A stretch of 64,000 nt of DNA from a virus, in the IMG/VR virus record IMGVR_UViG_3300042564_003823, positions 1-64,000 of that record. One strand, written 5' to 3'. The notes under the pieces are model-generated. The model saw nothing but the letters and a program-made list of their open reading frames with translations, was not told the DNA's origin and made no database searches. Within the stretch, counting starts at the first letter, position 1; each line of letters opens with the position of its first letter. The translations under genes and the position numbers were made by a program. This document shows positions 49,349 to 59,085 of this stretch, in pieces.

Positions 49349-50467
49349 ATGAATACTGCAATTATCACCGAACCGGACAGAAGTAAACTTTATAAAAGAA
49401 TTAGAAATCTTTTAGGAGCACCTTTACGTAGTGTAGAGTTAGAAGACGAAATGATGGATTCGTTATTGGAACTATCAATTCAAGATTATGCTCAACATGT
49501 AAATGATTGGTTGATTGAATCTCAGTGGTCGTCTTTATATGGTTTAAACTTGGATGAACAATCTGTGACAAGGGCGTTCACAACTAGAAGTTTAGATTGG
49601 GAAACACAATACACATATTCGTATTCAAAAATTGTTGGATTACAAGCGGGAGGAGATTATGTTTTGAAAAAAGATTATATAGATTTAATTCCAAACCAAC
49701 AAATATATGAAATACCTGCAGGAAGAGAATTAAATGAATTACTTTGGTTTACAAGATCTGAATTGGATGCAGCATATTTTGATCCGTTTATGGGAGGATT
49801 TGGTGGATTTGGTGGTATTGGTTTAGGTGGTGGAGCCGGATTTTCTCAAATGGGGACGACAGGAAATTATTTTATAACACCAGCATTTGATATTCTTTTA
49901 AGAATGCAAGATATAAGTATGAAAAGAAGAATAATATCAGGGGAACTAACATATAGAGTAACCGCATTACCTGAAGGTAAAAAGGCCATACACTTAATGA
50001 ATGTTCCTGGTGGTAAATTTGATTTTGGAAATATAAAGTATCAGAAATATAAAGTTTGGTATTGGTATTATGAAACAAACGATAGAGAAGATTGTTTGAA
50101 AAAAAATCCAGATATTGTAAAATTACCTTCAGACGTTCCAATTGATGAAATGAGATGGGATGAATTAAATTCACCTGCACAGACATGGGTTAGAAGATGG
50201 TTTACCGCTTATTGTAAAGAAACTTTAGCAAAAGTTAGAGGTAAGTATAGTGGTAACTTAAAAACACCGGATAGTGAAGTAACTTTAGAGTGGCAAAGTT
50301 TAAACACTGAAGCTAAAGACGAAAAAACTATTTTGTGGGAAGAACTTAAAGCTAGATTAGAAAGACTTAGACCTGAAAAACAATGGGAAATAAAAGGTCA
50401 AATGGCCGAAAACATGAATAAAGCACTTAAATTTAGACCATTTACAAGTCCATATAATGTTATATAA
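49349..50467 (+). CDS. Neck/head-tail adaptor protein (T4 gp13-like)
   Basis: IRNLLGAPLRSVELEDE, WVRRWFTAYCKETLAKVRGKY, LNTEAKDE. Confidence 0.75.
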   Translation: MNTAIITEPDRSKLYKRIRNLLGAPLRSVELEDEMMDSLLELSIQDYAQHVNDWLIESQWSSLYGLNLDEQSVTRAFTTRSLDWETQYTYSYSKIVGLQAGGDYVLKKDYIDLIPNQQIYEIPAGRELNELLWFTRSELDAAYFDPFMGGFGGFGGIGLGGGAGFSQMGTTGNYFITPAFDILLRMQDISMKRRIISGELTYRVTALPEGKKAIHLMNVPGGKFDFGNIKYQKYKVWYWYYETNDREDCLKKNPDIVKLPSDVPIDEMRWDELNSPAQTWVRRWFTAYCKETLAKVRGKYSGNLKTPDSEVTLEWQSLNTEAKDEKTILWEELKARLERLRPEKQWEIKGQMAENMNKALKFRPFTSPYNVI

Positions 50468-50473
50468 TTTTTT

Positions 50474-50806
50474 ATGGCAGTTTTTAGATCCGTATCATCA
50501 CAAAGAATAATCAATGGTAATTTAATTGAAACTTCAGATTCTGCAATAGTCTCAAACCCATCATACGAGGTAAATGGCGAGTACGTAATAATCACAAAAG
50601 GGATTCAAGACTGTGTTGTTATATTAAATGAAAATACAAGTGACCATGTAGTTATAAAGTCATTGACAAATACCATAGTAAAATCAAGTAAATTAATAGA
50701 CGATGAATTTAACGAAGTAGAACTAAGTAAGGGTTCCTGCGTTGAATTTAAATACGTTAATGGTGGTTGGTACATACTTTCTTCTGATGGACTAAAAGGT
50801 TCTTAG
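50474..50806 (+). CDS. Small beta-rich hypothetical protein (possibly structural)
   Basis: 110 aa, follows the neck gene and converges on the polymerase gene. Confidence 0.55.
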   Translation: MAVFRSVSSQRIINGNLIETSDSAIVSNPSYEVNGEYVIITKGIQDCVVILNENTSDHVVIKSLTNTIVKSSKLIDDEFNEVELSKGSCVEFKYVNGGWYILSSDGLKGS

Positions 50807-53703
50807 TCAAAAACTAAAGACATTAAATCTCCGTCTTCATCAAATTCATATAATTCTTCTTCATCAACCTTACTTTTAGAAATTCTGGTTTTCATTAGTT
50901 CCATATTACTATTAACATAATCGGTATTAACTAAATTAATAGTGTCGTCAATATACATGTAGTATGGATCAATACCTACAGATTGCCAAAAATTAATCTC
51001 CATGTCCGATAATGTTAATACCTCATCTAAGTTATCTTGGTCTTTTTCTTTCATTGGGTATCCTCTACCTAATTCTGTTTGTGACTTGGTAAAAATTGGT
51101 TGGTCTTTAGGATCTTCAATTAAAATGTCTTTTCTAATATCAGGACTATATACGACAAGTAATGGTTCAATTCTTTTATTGAATGCCGCTAAAGCCCTTA
51201 ATACATTATAATCACCTAACAAATCTGGATTATTCTCAATCTCTTTTTCGTCAATTAAATAACAATTTAAAATAACCTCACTTTTTGATAACATTTCAGG
51301 GGGGACCGCTCCGTGAATTTTTGTATATTCTTCTATTTGTTTTTTAGTCATTTTAGTTGTTTTTTTCTGAACGTCACCGTGTGATTTTTTTACACCATTA
51401 TTAACATAATAAATTGTATCACCTAAACCTGGATTTTTTCCTGCATTTATTAAAAGTTCCATATGTGCTTGACGTGACATTAAACTTCCTGCCTTTGTTG
51501 TTTTTGTAATATGTACTTTATAATCATCTATTGATTGTTTAACACGGGCCTTGTTTGCAATCTTTGCTAACGGTATTTCTTTGTTGTAAATTTTACTTAC
51601 ATACTCATAATAGAAATCTAAAAACTCGCCACCCTTACCATCAAGTAACATTCTCAATCCCTTATCTAAAAACTCGGCAACATATGTTTGAAGTTTTTTA
51701 GATTTAATTGAATTACCTGTGAGTTTAACTTTACCTTTATCTGTTAGAAGTGCGTAGTTTTTACGAGCCACGTTAATGGTTGCTGGCCATACACCATCAA
51801 TATCAAGACCCATTTCATTTCTCATAAATAAGTCATTGTATTCAGCAACATCAGCTTCAGCTCCGGTATATACTTCACCCTCTTTAACTAAACCGTTAAG
51901 ACCTTTACCCACATAAGTATAGTTTTCTCTATCTATCGGAGTTTCAAAGTTAACCCCATCCGTATCCATAACCAAAGGAACATACCCTCTACTCATGAAA
52001 TACATAATCATCTGTCGTAAATACTGCCTACCTGTACACGTAATCTGTTCTCCCATGTCAATGTCTCCCCATGGAAATACATGAGGCGCCGAGAGAGATC
52101 CAAAGAATGCGTTGATGAAGATTTTGATTGGTAATTGTTTTCTGTCATATGAGACTGAAAGTTTCGGATCCGTTTTTTTAAATTCACTTGCTAAATTTTT
52201 ATATTTTATACGAGTATCTCTAAAGTACTTTAACATACTTTTCATCGCTCCTGTTACATCACAAGATGGGAATACGTCGTGAACTAATTGAATAGATGGA
52301 TAAAGAGATGAGTAGTCAAGTTTTAATACCTTTCTTGAATACCCAACCTGTACTAAACGAGAAAGACCTCCTGTGAATTTTCTTTTCTCTTTTTTCTTAG
52401 GTAGAGCCAAATTGTTTTTATAAGACCATGCACACATAATCATTTTCCATAATGTTGCTGTACCCATAGTTGATAGCCTTTCATATGTCGTTGGTACAAG
52501 TTTAGAAAGTAAAAAGTTTGCTTGGTTGAACTGTTCGTCAACAACCATAGTCTCATAAAGGTCATCATCAAGGTAGTCCTCAATAATTTTTGAACCATTA
52601 GTTTTAAAATATACATCAGTTCTTCTTGAACAAATTTCATCTATTTTTTCGTTGATCCCTATCTTTTTATAGTTACCATTTTCTTTATTCATCCAATAGT
52701 CCTCATTGTCAAAATAAATCTTTCCGATTTTATCTCCCTCAACATAAACACGATTTTCTTTTTCTGCTTCAATAAATTTGGTAATATACTTCAAACCCCA
52801 GCTTTTAATATCTGAGTTGATTGCCTGAGCTCTACGAACTGCGTGAGCAATATCAATAATATTGTAACCCCACATTTGTGTTTGAACGTAAGGCTCCATT
52901 TCGTTTGCTAATTTTAACATCCCGTCTTTTTGTTTTAAAGAGTGATCAGGATTTAAAGTTTTTGCAATTTTTTTAATATTTAATTTTAAAATTTCTGCAC
53001 GTTTTAAAATAAACGGGAAGTCAAAGAATGCTGAGTTGTACCCACCAACAAGGGATGGTTTAAGTTGATCTATAGTTTCAAAAAACTCAATAATCATTCG
53101 TCTTTCTTCATCTTCATTTTGTGCCGATAAAGATTTCATAAAACCACGATTGTCTTTCATCCCTATTAAGAACATCTTACTTGTTTTGGGATCTAAACCT
53201 GTGGTTTCAATATCAAATACAAACCTGTGAATTTCATCGTATTCATCAAACCCTTTAAATAGTCTTTTACTTTTTTGGATGAGGTATTGTTCTACCGGTG
53301 TCATAATGGTAATTGCGTCTGAGTTATCCCTATTCCAAGGATCTAAACCACCACCTTTAAAAAAGTTTACAAGGTTTGAGTAAGACTTTGTTGTTTTAAC
53401 TAAAAACGTTAATCCGTTTTTTAACCTTTCGTCTCCCCTGTCTTCTAATTTTTCTATGATAATGCCGTTTTCAGACATCGCCTTTTTTTGAAACTCCTTA
53501 TTACCTTTATAGAAGTTTTTATCTTTAAGATCACCAACCCAAGCAAATGGAATAAACGTATCCATTCTCAAAAGTTTACCTTTGATTGGGTCTTGTATTA
53601 CCTTGAAAATTTTATCTGATCTGTAATCGTATTCTAATGCGACAATATATTTTTCGTCGTCTTCGCCATGTAAAAAGCGTTCAATTTCTTCTTGAGGAAC
53701 CAT
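50803..53703 (-). CDS. Family B DNA polymerase with 3'-5' exonuclease
   Basis: Exo motifs FDIETTG and GYNSAFFD; polymerase motifs LDYSSLYPS, KIFINAFFG, MDTDG, RKNYA. Confidence 0.93.
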   Translation of the reverse strand: MVPQEEIERFLHGEDDEKYIVALEYDYRSDKIFKVIQDPIKGKLLRMDTFIPFAWVGDLKDKNFYKGNKEFQKKAMSENGIIIEKLEDRGDERLKNGLTFLVKTTKSYSNLVNFFKGGGLDPWNRDNSDAITIMTPVEQYLIQKSKRLFKGFDEYDEIHRFVFDIETTGLDPKTSKMFLIGMKDNRGFMKSLSAQNEDEERRMIIEFFETIDQLKPSLVGGYNSAFFDFPFILKRAEILKLNIKKIAKTLNPDHSLKQKDGMLKLANEMEPYVQTQMWGYNIIDIAHAVRRAQAINSDIKSWGLKYITKFIEAEKENRVYVEGDKIGKIYFDNEDYWMNKENGNYKKIGINEKIDEICSRRTDVYFKTNGSKIIEDYLDDDLYETMVVDEQFNQANFLLSKLVPTTYERLSTMGTATLWKMIMCAWSYKNNLALPKKKEKRKFTGGLSRLVQVGYSRKVLKLDYSSLYPSIQLVHDVFPSCDVTGAMKSMLKYFRDTRIKYKNLASEFKKTDPKLSVSYDRKQLPIKIFINAFFGSLSAPHVFPWGDIDMGEQITCTGRQYLRQMIMYFMSRGYVPLVMDTDGVNFETPIDRENYTYVGKGLNGLVKEGEVYTGAEADVAEYNDLFMRNEMGLDIDGVWPATINVARKNYALLTDKGKVKLTGNSIKSKKLQTYVAEFLDKGLRMLLDGKGGEFLDFYYEYVSKIYNKEIPLAKIANKARVKQSIDDYKVHITKTTKAGSLMSRQAHMELLINAGKNPGLGDTIYYVNNGVKKSHGDVQKKTTKMTKKQIEEYTKIHGAVPPEMLSKSEVILNCYLIDEKEIENNPDLLGDYNVLRALAAFNKRIEPLLVVYSPDIRKDILIEDPKDQPIFTKSQTELGRGYPMKEKDQDNLDEVLTLSDMEINFWQSVGIDPYYMYIDDTINLVNTDYVNSNMELMKTRISKSKVDEEELYEFDEDGDLMSLVFD

Positions 53704-53766
53704 ATTTGTATAATTTAAGTTTGGGTTATTATACTCACAAAAAATATTGTGATTTCCCTTTCTTAA

Positions 53767-53795
53767 TAAATAATGGTTAAATGGTGAAATGTCAA
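53767..53795 (-). promoter_or_regulatory. TTGACA-N17-TATTTA promoter upstream of DNA polymerase
   Basis: Perfect -35 hexamer; the -10 coincides with the TATTTAT element. Confidence 0.55.
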
Positions 53796-54145
53796 ATGAT
53801 GTTGATATATAAATTTGAAACTATTGGTGCGATCAACTCTCCGTTTTCTAATATAATTGAAAATTCTCCGATGAATCTTCCTTTTTTATTTGTGTCTCTT
53901 GCCGACCATTTGTAATAGATATAATATTCTCTATCTGAATCAGGATTTGTTCTATTTTTTTCTGTTAAATAAGCCGGTTGCATAAATATTTTTTGAATTC
54001 CGTTGTCTTCACTTTTCATAGAAAAACGGATATTCGCGTTATCTAAAACAGAATAAAATTCTTTCCATGAGTCGGTTCTTCCGTCTCTGATAACATCCAT
54101 TTTTAAAATGGGTAAACTTGTATTTTGTTGAATAAAAAACTCCAT
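53792..54145 (-). CDS. BppU-N-like small structural protein
   Basis: FFIQQNTSLPILKM...IRFSM...YYKWSARDT..KGRFIGEF. Confidence 0.5.
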   Translation of the reverse strand: MEFFIQQNTSLPILKMDVIRDGRTDSWKEFYSVLDNANIRFSMKSEDNGIQKIFMQPAYLTEKNRTNPDSDREYYIYYKWSARDTNKKGRFIGEFSIILENGELIAPIVSNLYINII

Positions 54146-54197
54146 TAGTTATAATAAGTATTTTATTTTTTATCTTAATTGTGAAAATTTATTTTTT

Positions 54198-55157
54198 TTA
54201 ATCATTATAAACTTCAAATGTTAATGTATTATTAGGGGAAAATTGATTTTTTATTCTTTCTGTGGTTGTTAATATGATGCCACCCTCATTTTCTAAATCA
54301 ACCGAAAAAGTACCAAGAGTACTAATGATATTATCATTATTCAAAGCAATAACCAACTCGTCAATACTATTAACTTCATTATAATCACCATAAATTGTTT
54401 CTACGGAGTTTTCTCCAATGGTACCGGCATAAATCCTAATAGTTATGTTACCATAAGGAAATTTACTAGTGTTTAAACCATATGCAACAAAAGGAGTTGT
54501 CGGACCTTGATTGATAGTGATCTCAACTGGTGTATAGTATAATGCGTTATCTATATTACTACCATCAAAATACATCTCAACAAAAATTGCCGAATCCTTT
54601 TCAGTATAATTACTAACGCCTGTTATCCCAATCGGAGGAAACCCAGACCAATTAAATGGGTATTTAATTGACATATTTATTTTTGTTTTAGCTCTCGGAA
54701 AAGAATTAAATAAAGGTCCTGTACTATTATTAACCCCTATGTAATAACCATTACCACCAAACGGATTCTGTTCCCAAGATATTTTATACCCAAGAGTATT
54801 TTCTAATACATCAACAATTAAACCACCACCTGATGTTAATTCTGAATTGTTACCCCAAAAATTAGGAGTTTCTCCTGTTGCAATAAAAACACATCCGGTT
54901 TCATTAATTGTTCCCGATTCTACATATGCAATGTTACTAAAATCGTCACCCGACTGATATGATGTTATTGTATATGATTCACCAATTATTAATCCATAGT
55001 TAAATTGACCGATATTGGTTCCTATTATACTTCCTGTTTGAGTTAATAATGCCCTATAAACACCTGTGTTATTAATTGTTGTTGTTCCTGTGACAATTAA
55101 GTTACCGTTTATTGTTTGTGCTGATAAGTTATTTACTATATATTTAGTTGTCTCCAT
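54198..55157 (-). CDS. Putative tail fibre/appendage protein
   Basis: T/G/N-rich beta protein in the fibre cluster. Confidence 0.5.
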   Translation of the reverse strand: METTKYIVNNLSAQTINGNLIVTGTTTINNTGVYRALLTQTGSIIGTNIGQFNYGLIIGESYTITSYQSGDDFSNIAYVESGTINETGCVFIATGETPNFWGNNSELTSGGGLIVDVLENTLGYKISWEQNPFGGNGYYIGVNNSTGPLFNSFPRAKTKINMSIKYPFNWSGFPPIGITGVSNYTEKDSAIFVEMYFDGSNIDNALYYTPVEITINQGPTTPFVAYGLNTSKFPYGNITIRIYAGTIGENSVETIYGDYNEVNSIDELVIALNNDNIISTLGTFSVDLENEGGIILTTTERIKNQFSPNNTLTFEVYND

Positions 55158-55159
55158 TA

Positions 55160-58100
55160 TTATTCATTTATATTTTTTATTGTTAATACATCACTTCCAT
55201 CGTAGTAAGATAACCTATTCGTTAAACTTGAGTTTTTGAAAATTTCACAATTATATAATTCATAAACAGAAGGGTTTGGTGATACCGCATCAACTGTTAT
55301 AGTAAAATTATCAGTTATTATATCAGTTATTGTTATTGTGATGTCATCAACTCCGTCAGTACCGCCAAATAAACTACCTAATATCACTAGTTGATCTCCA
55401 TCGGTGTATCCAGCACCTTGATTATCGTTTAAAAGGGAACTTATATTTCCACTACCGTCAACAACTATATCAAAAGTTGCATTTACTCCGGTCCCTCCTG
55501 TCACAGCAAGACTAGGGTACGTACCTGTAGTTCCTGTTTGGATAGAATAATTATCGGTATATGTGTCTATTGCATCATTAAATCCACCAATAGAAGTTCC
55601 TAATATTGTGATGGTATTACCACATAAGTATAATTTACCTGATGTATTTAATGTAACATTAGTTACAGAACCACCTAATACGACAATATCAAATGATGCA
55701 TTTACACCAATACCATCGGTGTCTCCATTTATTCCTGTATATGTGTTGTCAGCAGCACTAGTACCCACAGAATTATGACTAAATCCTGTTATATTTCCAT
55801 AATTTGTTGTAAAGTCCTCAAACTCAACATTTGTATTTACATTATTCCATTGAAAATAATCTCCAATCGTGTTGTAAGAGAAGTTATCAGAAATTGTATT
55901 GTCATAAAAATATTCCCTAATATTGTTTCTATAAAAATAATTTCCAATTTTGTTCCCTCGGTATTGACTTCCACCAAAACCAAACCCATCAAGTATATCA
56001 TTACTTTCAAATGACGACCCAATTACATTACTTCTAAAGTCATTTGTAATGTTATTATTTCTAAAATCATTTCTAATTTGATTATCTTGAAAATTATTAC
56101 CTATATTATTATTTTGAAAGTCGTTTCCAATTTGATTATATCGGAAATTACTACCGTTATTAGGTGCGGTATAGATTGAGTTCCATTCGGTATCTTGTGG
56201 AGACACGTTATAATCCCAACTATTTTCACTCACAATATTATAAATACCGTTTTGACTTCCTCTAGTTATTTCAACAACTCCTGGAACAATAATATCAACT
56301 TCATTACCGTAATTTGTTTTTGTAAATGTAATTAAATCCCCTATATTATTACCGTTAGAATCAATTTCTTGTCTTTCATATTGGAATCCACCACCATTAG
56401 GATTTTCATTATTACCTTGTGTCCATTGAGTAAATTTAATTTTAAAGTATTGTGAAGTTGAGATTACCTTCATTACTAATTCTTTACCTAATAGTCTGTT
56501 ACCTAATCCGCCACCCCCGACAACTTGATAAAAATTATCATAAGTTCTTGCGGATACCGTTGATAGGTCATTCCACCCAAATAAATTAGTGTTAGTAGGT
56601 TCATTGTTCTCAAAAAACTCCCCGATATTATTAGCTTCAAAATCATGACTAATTAAATTACTATAAAAATAATAACCTATGTCATTTCTTCTGAAATCAT
56701 CACCTACCTTGTTTTCATTAAATCCATTACCAATTTGGTTTAGTTCAAATTGCCAACTAGTTTCATTATTATTAAAACCATTTAATATTGTATTCCCTTT
56801 GAATTCCCCATTAACTATGTTTTGTTGAAAATTATTCCCAATTGAGTTATTTTGGAAATCTTGTCTTATAATATTATTATTAAAATTTTGTCCAATTCTA
56901 TTTCTATAAAAGTCAAAAGTACCATCTTCAACATTACCAAAATCACCTATAGTATTATTATTAAAATCATTTAGAATTTGGTTGTCATAAAAGTCTGAAT
57001 ATATTGTATTATTATTAAAATCATTACCAATAATATTATATCTAAAACCAGAACTATTTTCAGCTAATAATCTATTATTATTAAAATTAGCACCAATCTG
57101 ATTTTCAGTTAGATTAGTATTTATCAGATTATTATTGAAACTATCTTTAAAAACACAATCATCAATATCGTTCGTTGATGCGTTTTCATAACAATAGTCA
57201 CCCCAAATATTATTTGAGTTATCGGTACCCCATGTATTATTAAAACAGTAATCACCAAATTTATTACTTTCGTATTGTCCTTCTAAAAATACATTGTTTG
57301 CTAATATAAATGTATTAGTTGCTAAATTAGTGTAGTTATTTGCATAATTACCAACATAATTATTTTTAGCATATTCATTTGATATCGCATCCCCAAATGT
57401 TGTATATTCTTGGTAGTCATTTGTTTTAACATTTGTTCTTTTATAACTAAAATACCCATTTGTGTCGTTTGTTTCTTCTATTGTATTATAAATTATAGCC
57501 CCTGGACCTGTTTCGGTTATAGTATCTCCTGAAACAGTCATTAAAGTATTACCACTTATTGATACTATTTCAAAATAAGAAGGTGATACGCTGTTTGTAT
57601 ATATTACGTCACCAACAGTTAAAGCACTAAAAGTAGTATTTGTACCACTTACAGTTCCACCTGATAAAATCTCTACAGTTCCGTTTAATCTTAATTCTTC
57701 TCTGTAAGTAAATAATTTATACCTTTTAAATAAAACATTTCTGTGATCATAATCGGTTCTATTATTAAACTCATCTATCCTTTCTGTAATTCTACCATAA
57801 GAAGTACCGCTAGTGACTTCTGTTTGGTTATAATAAACATCATATTGAATTCTATCATTAGGATATTTAGGTTGATATGCGGTTGTACTAATGGTATTCT
57901 CCCCTGTTGCTAAAACCATTATAGGGTCAATAGGTCCTTGTTTGTAATTACCCGTGAGTCCTGTATTAATAATAGGATTACCATTATAATTAAAATCAGG
58001 TTGGTCATAACAAGTTCTAAAGTCTGTTATTAGGTAGTAAGATCCCGTAGTTAATCCACTCCCATCAATCAGGTCATTAATTTCTGAATACGTTGCTTCA

Positions 58101-58288
58101 GTGGCGCCAGTAAATGACCCACCACCAAAATCTTCAAATGACCCATCAGGATTTTTCTTTTCAAATAACCCTGTATTTAAATCAACACCAACGTAATAAG
58201 TGTCAGTGGTTCCACTTAAATTATTGAAATCTTCTCCTGTAACGTAAATTGTGGTTTTACCATTATTTTGTTGTATTATTCTTCCCAT
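55160..58288 (-). CDS. Tail fibre/spike protein with Asn-rich beta-solenoid
   Basis: Many 9-aa IGxxFxxNx repeats and a duplicated C-terminal GxGVNAxFDIVV module. Confidence 0.7.
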   Translation of the reverse strand: MGRIIQQNNGKTTIYVTGEDFNNLSGTTDTYYVGVDLNTGLFEKKNPDGSFEDFGGGSFTGATEATYSEINDLIDGSGLTTGSYYLITDFRTCYDQPDFNYNGNPIINTGLTGNYKQGPIDPIMVLATGENTISTTAYQPKYPNDRIQYDVYYNQTEVTSGTSYGRITERIDEFNNRTDYDHRNVLFKRYKLFTYREELRLNGTVEILSGGTVSGTNTTFSALTVGDVIYTNSVSPSYFEIVSISGNTLMTVSGDTITETGPGAIIYNTIEETNDTNGYFSYKRTNVKTNDYQEYTTFGDAISNEYAKNNYVGNYANNYTNLATNTFILANNVFLEGQYESNKFGDYCFNNTWGTDNSNNIWGDYCYENASTNDIDDCVFKDSFNNNLINTNLTENQIGANFNNNRLLAENSSGFRYNIIGNDFNNNTIYSDFYDNQILNDFNNNTIGDFGNVEDGTFDFYRNRIGQNFNNNIIRQDFQNNSIGNNFQQNIVNGEFKGNTILNGFNNNETSWQFELNQIGNGFNENKVGDDFRRNDIGYYFYSNLISHDFEANNIGEFFENNEPTNTNLFGWNDLSTVSARTYDNFYQVVGGGGLGNRLLGKELVMKVISTSQYFKIKFTQWTQGNNENPNGGGFQYERQEIDSNGNNIGDLITFTKTNYGNEVDIIVPGVVEITRGSQNGIYNIVSENSWDYNVSPQDTEWNSIYTAPNNGSNFRYNQIGNDFQNNNIGNNFQDNQIRNDFRNNNITNDFRSNVIGSSFESNDILDGFGFGGSQYRGNKIGNYFYRNNIREYFYDNTISDNFSYNTIGDYFQWNNVNTNVEFEDFTTNYGNITGFSHNSVGTSAADNTYTGINGDTDGIGVNASFDIVVLGGSVTNVTLNTSGKLYLCGNTITILGTSIGGFNDAIDTYTDNYSIQTGTTGTYPSLAVTGGTGVNATFDIVVDGSGNISSLLNDNQGAGYTDGDQLVILGSLFGGTDGVDDITITITDIITDNFTITVDAVSPNPSVYELYNCEIFKNSSLTNRLSYYDGSDVLTIKNINE

Positions 58289-58356
58289 GTCTTTTTAATT
58301 TATAAATATCTTTACTTTTTTATTTATTTTATTAATAAAATTAAATTAATTAATTT

Positions 58357-59082
58357 TTATAGTCCGTACCACCATTTAACGGCATTAAAATTATATAATA
58401 TTTCATCATCAGTTAATCTTCTATTATACATATGTACTTCACCTATTGACCCATTTAAAAACTGTTCAGATCCAAAACAACAAGATCCCCACGCAATTGC
58501 TGTCCACCAAACAGAATTATCTAGTACGACTAAAGTTCCGGTTGTGTTAGGCACCCCATTAACATACATAGTAGCGTTATTAGATGGTGAGCCCGTTGCT
58601 CCACTAAATGCCAATGTAACATATCTCCATTGATTGTCTAACAAATTAATTCCAGTTGAAACTATACCTCCACCTGCGCCCCAACTATAAAAAAGTAAAA
58701 CATCATTATTTGTAAATATTCCCCAAGCATCTCGTTTAGTAACTATTCCAGCAAACCCACTTGACGACGAATTAACCTTTACCCAAACACCAACGGTTGC
58801 GGTTGTAAGTCTTGTTGAGGGATTGTTTGAAACAACCATTTGTCTACTTGTGGTTTTATTAAAATCAAGAACTCCTTTATTATAAATTGGAGGTCCACTT
58901 GCATTTCCACCACCTGTTGTTTGAGTAGAAGTGGCATTATTGATTTCCGAATTTTTTGATAAATCAAACCAAGTAGTTCCTGTACCGGGAAATGAATTAA
59001 TGTTTTTTGCGTCTAAGTTAAAAACTAAACCTGATTGTGTTATTGAATAATTAAATGTGTTTGGATTAACTATAAAACTCAT
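58357..59082 (-). CDS. LamG/concanavalin-A-like lectin domain protein
   Basis: GLVFNLDA...SFPGTGTTWFDLS, TVGVWVK, WRYVTL, MYVNG, GSIGEVHMYNRRLTDDEILYNFNA. Confidence 0.85.
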   Translation of the reverse strand: MSFIVNPNTFNYSITQSGLVFNLDAKNINSFPGTGTTWFDLSKNSEINNATSTQTTGGGNASGPPIYNKGVLDFNKTTSRQMVVSNNPSTRLTTATVGVWVKVNSSSSGFAGIVTKRDAWGIFTNNDVLLFYSWGAGGGIVSTGINLLDNQWRYVTLAFSGATGSPSNNATMYVNGVPNTTGTLVVLDNSVWWTAIAWGSCCFGSEQFLNGSIGEVHMYNRRLTDDEILYNFNAVKWWYGL

Positions 59083-59085
59083 GTC

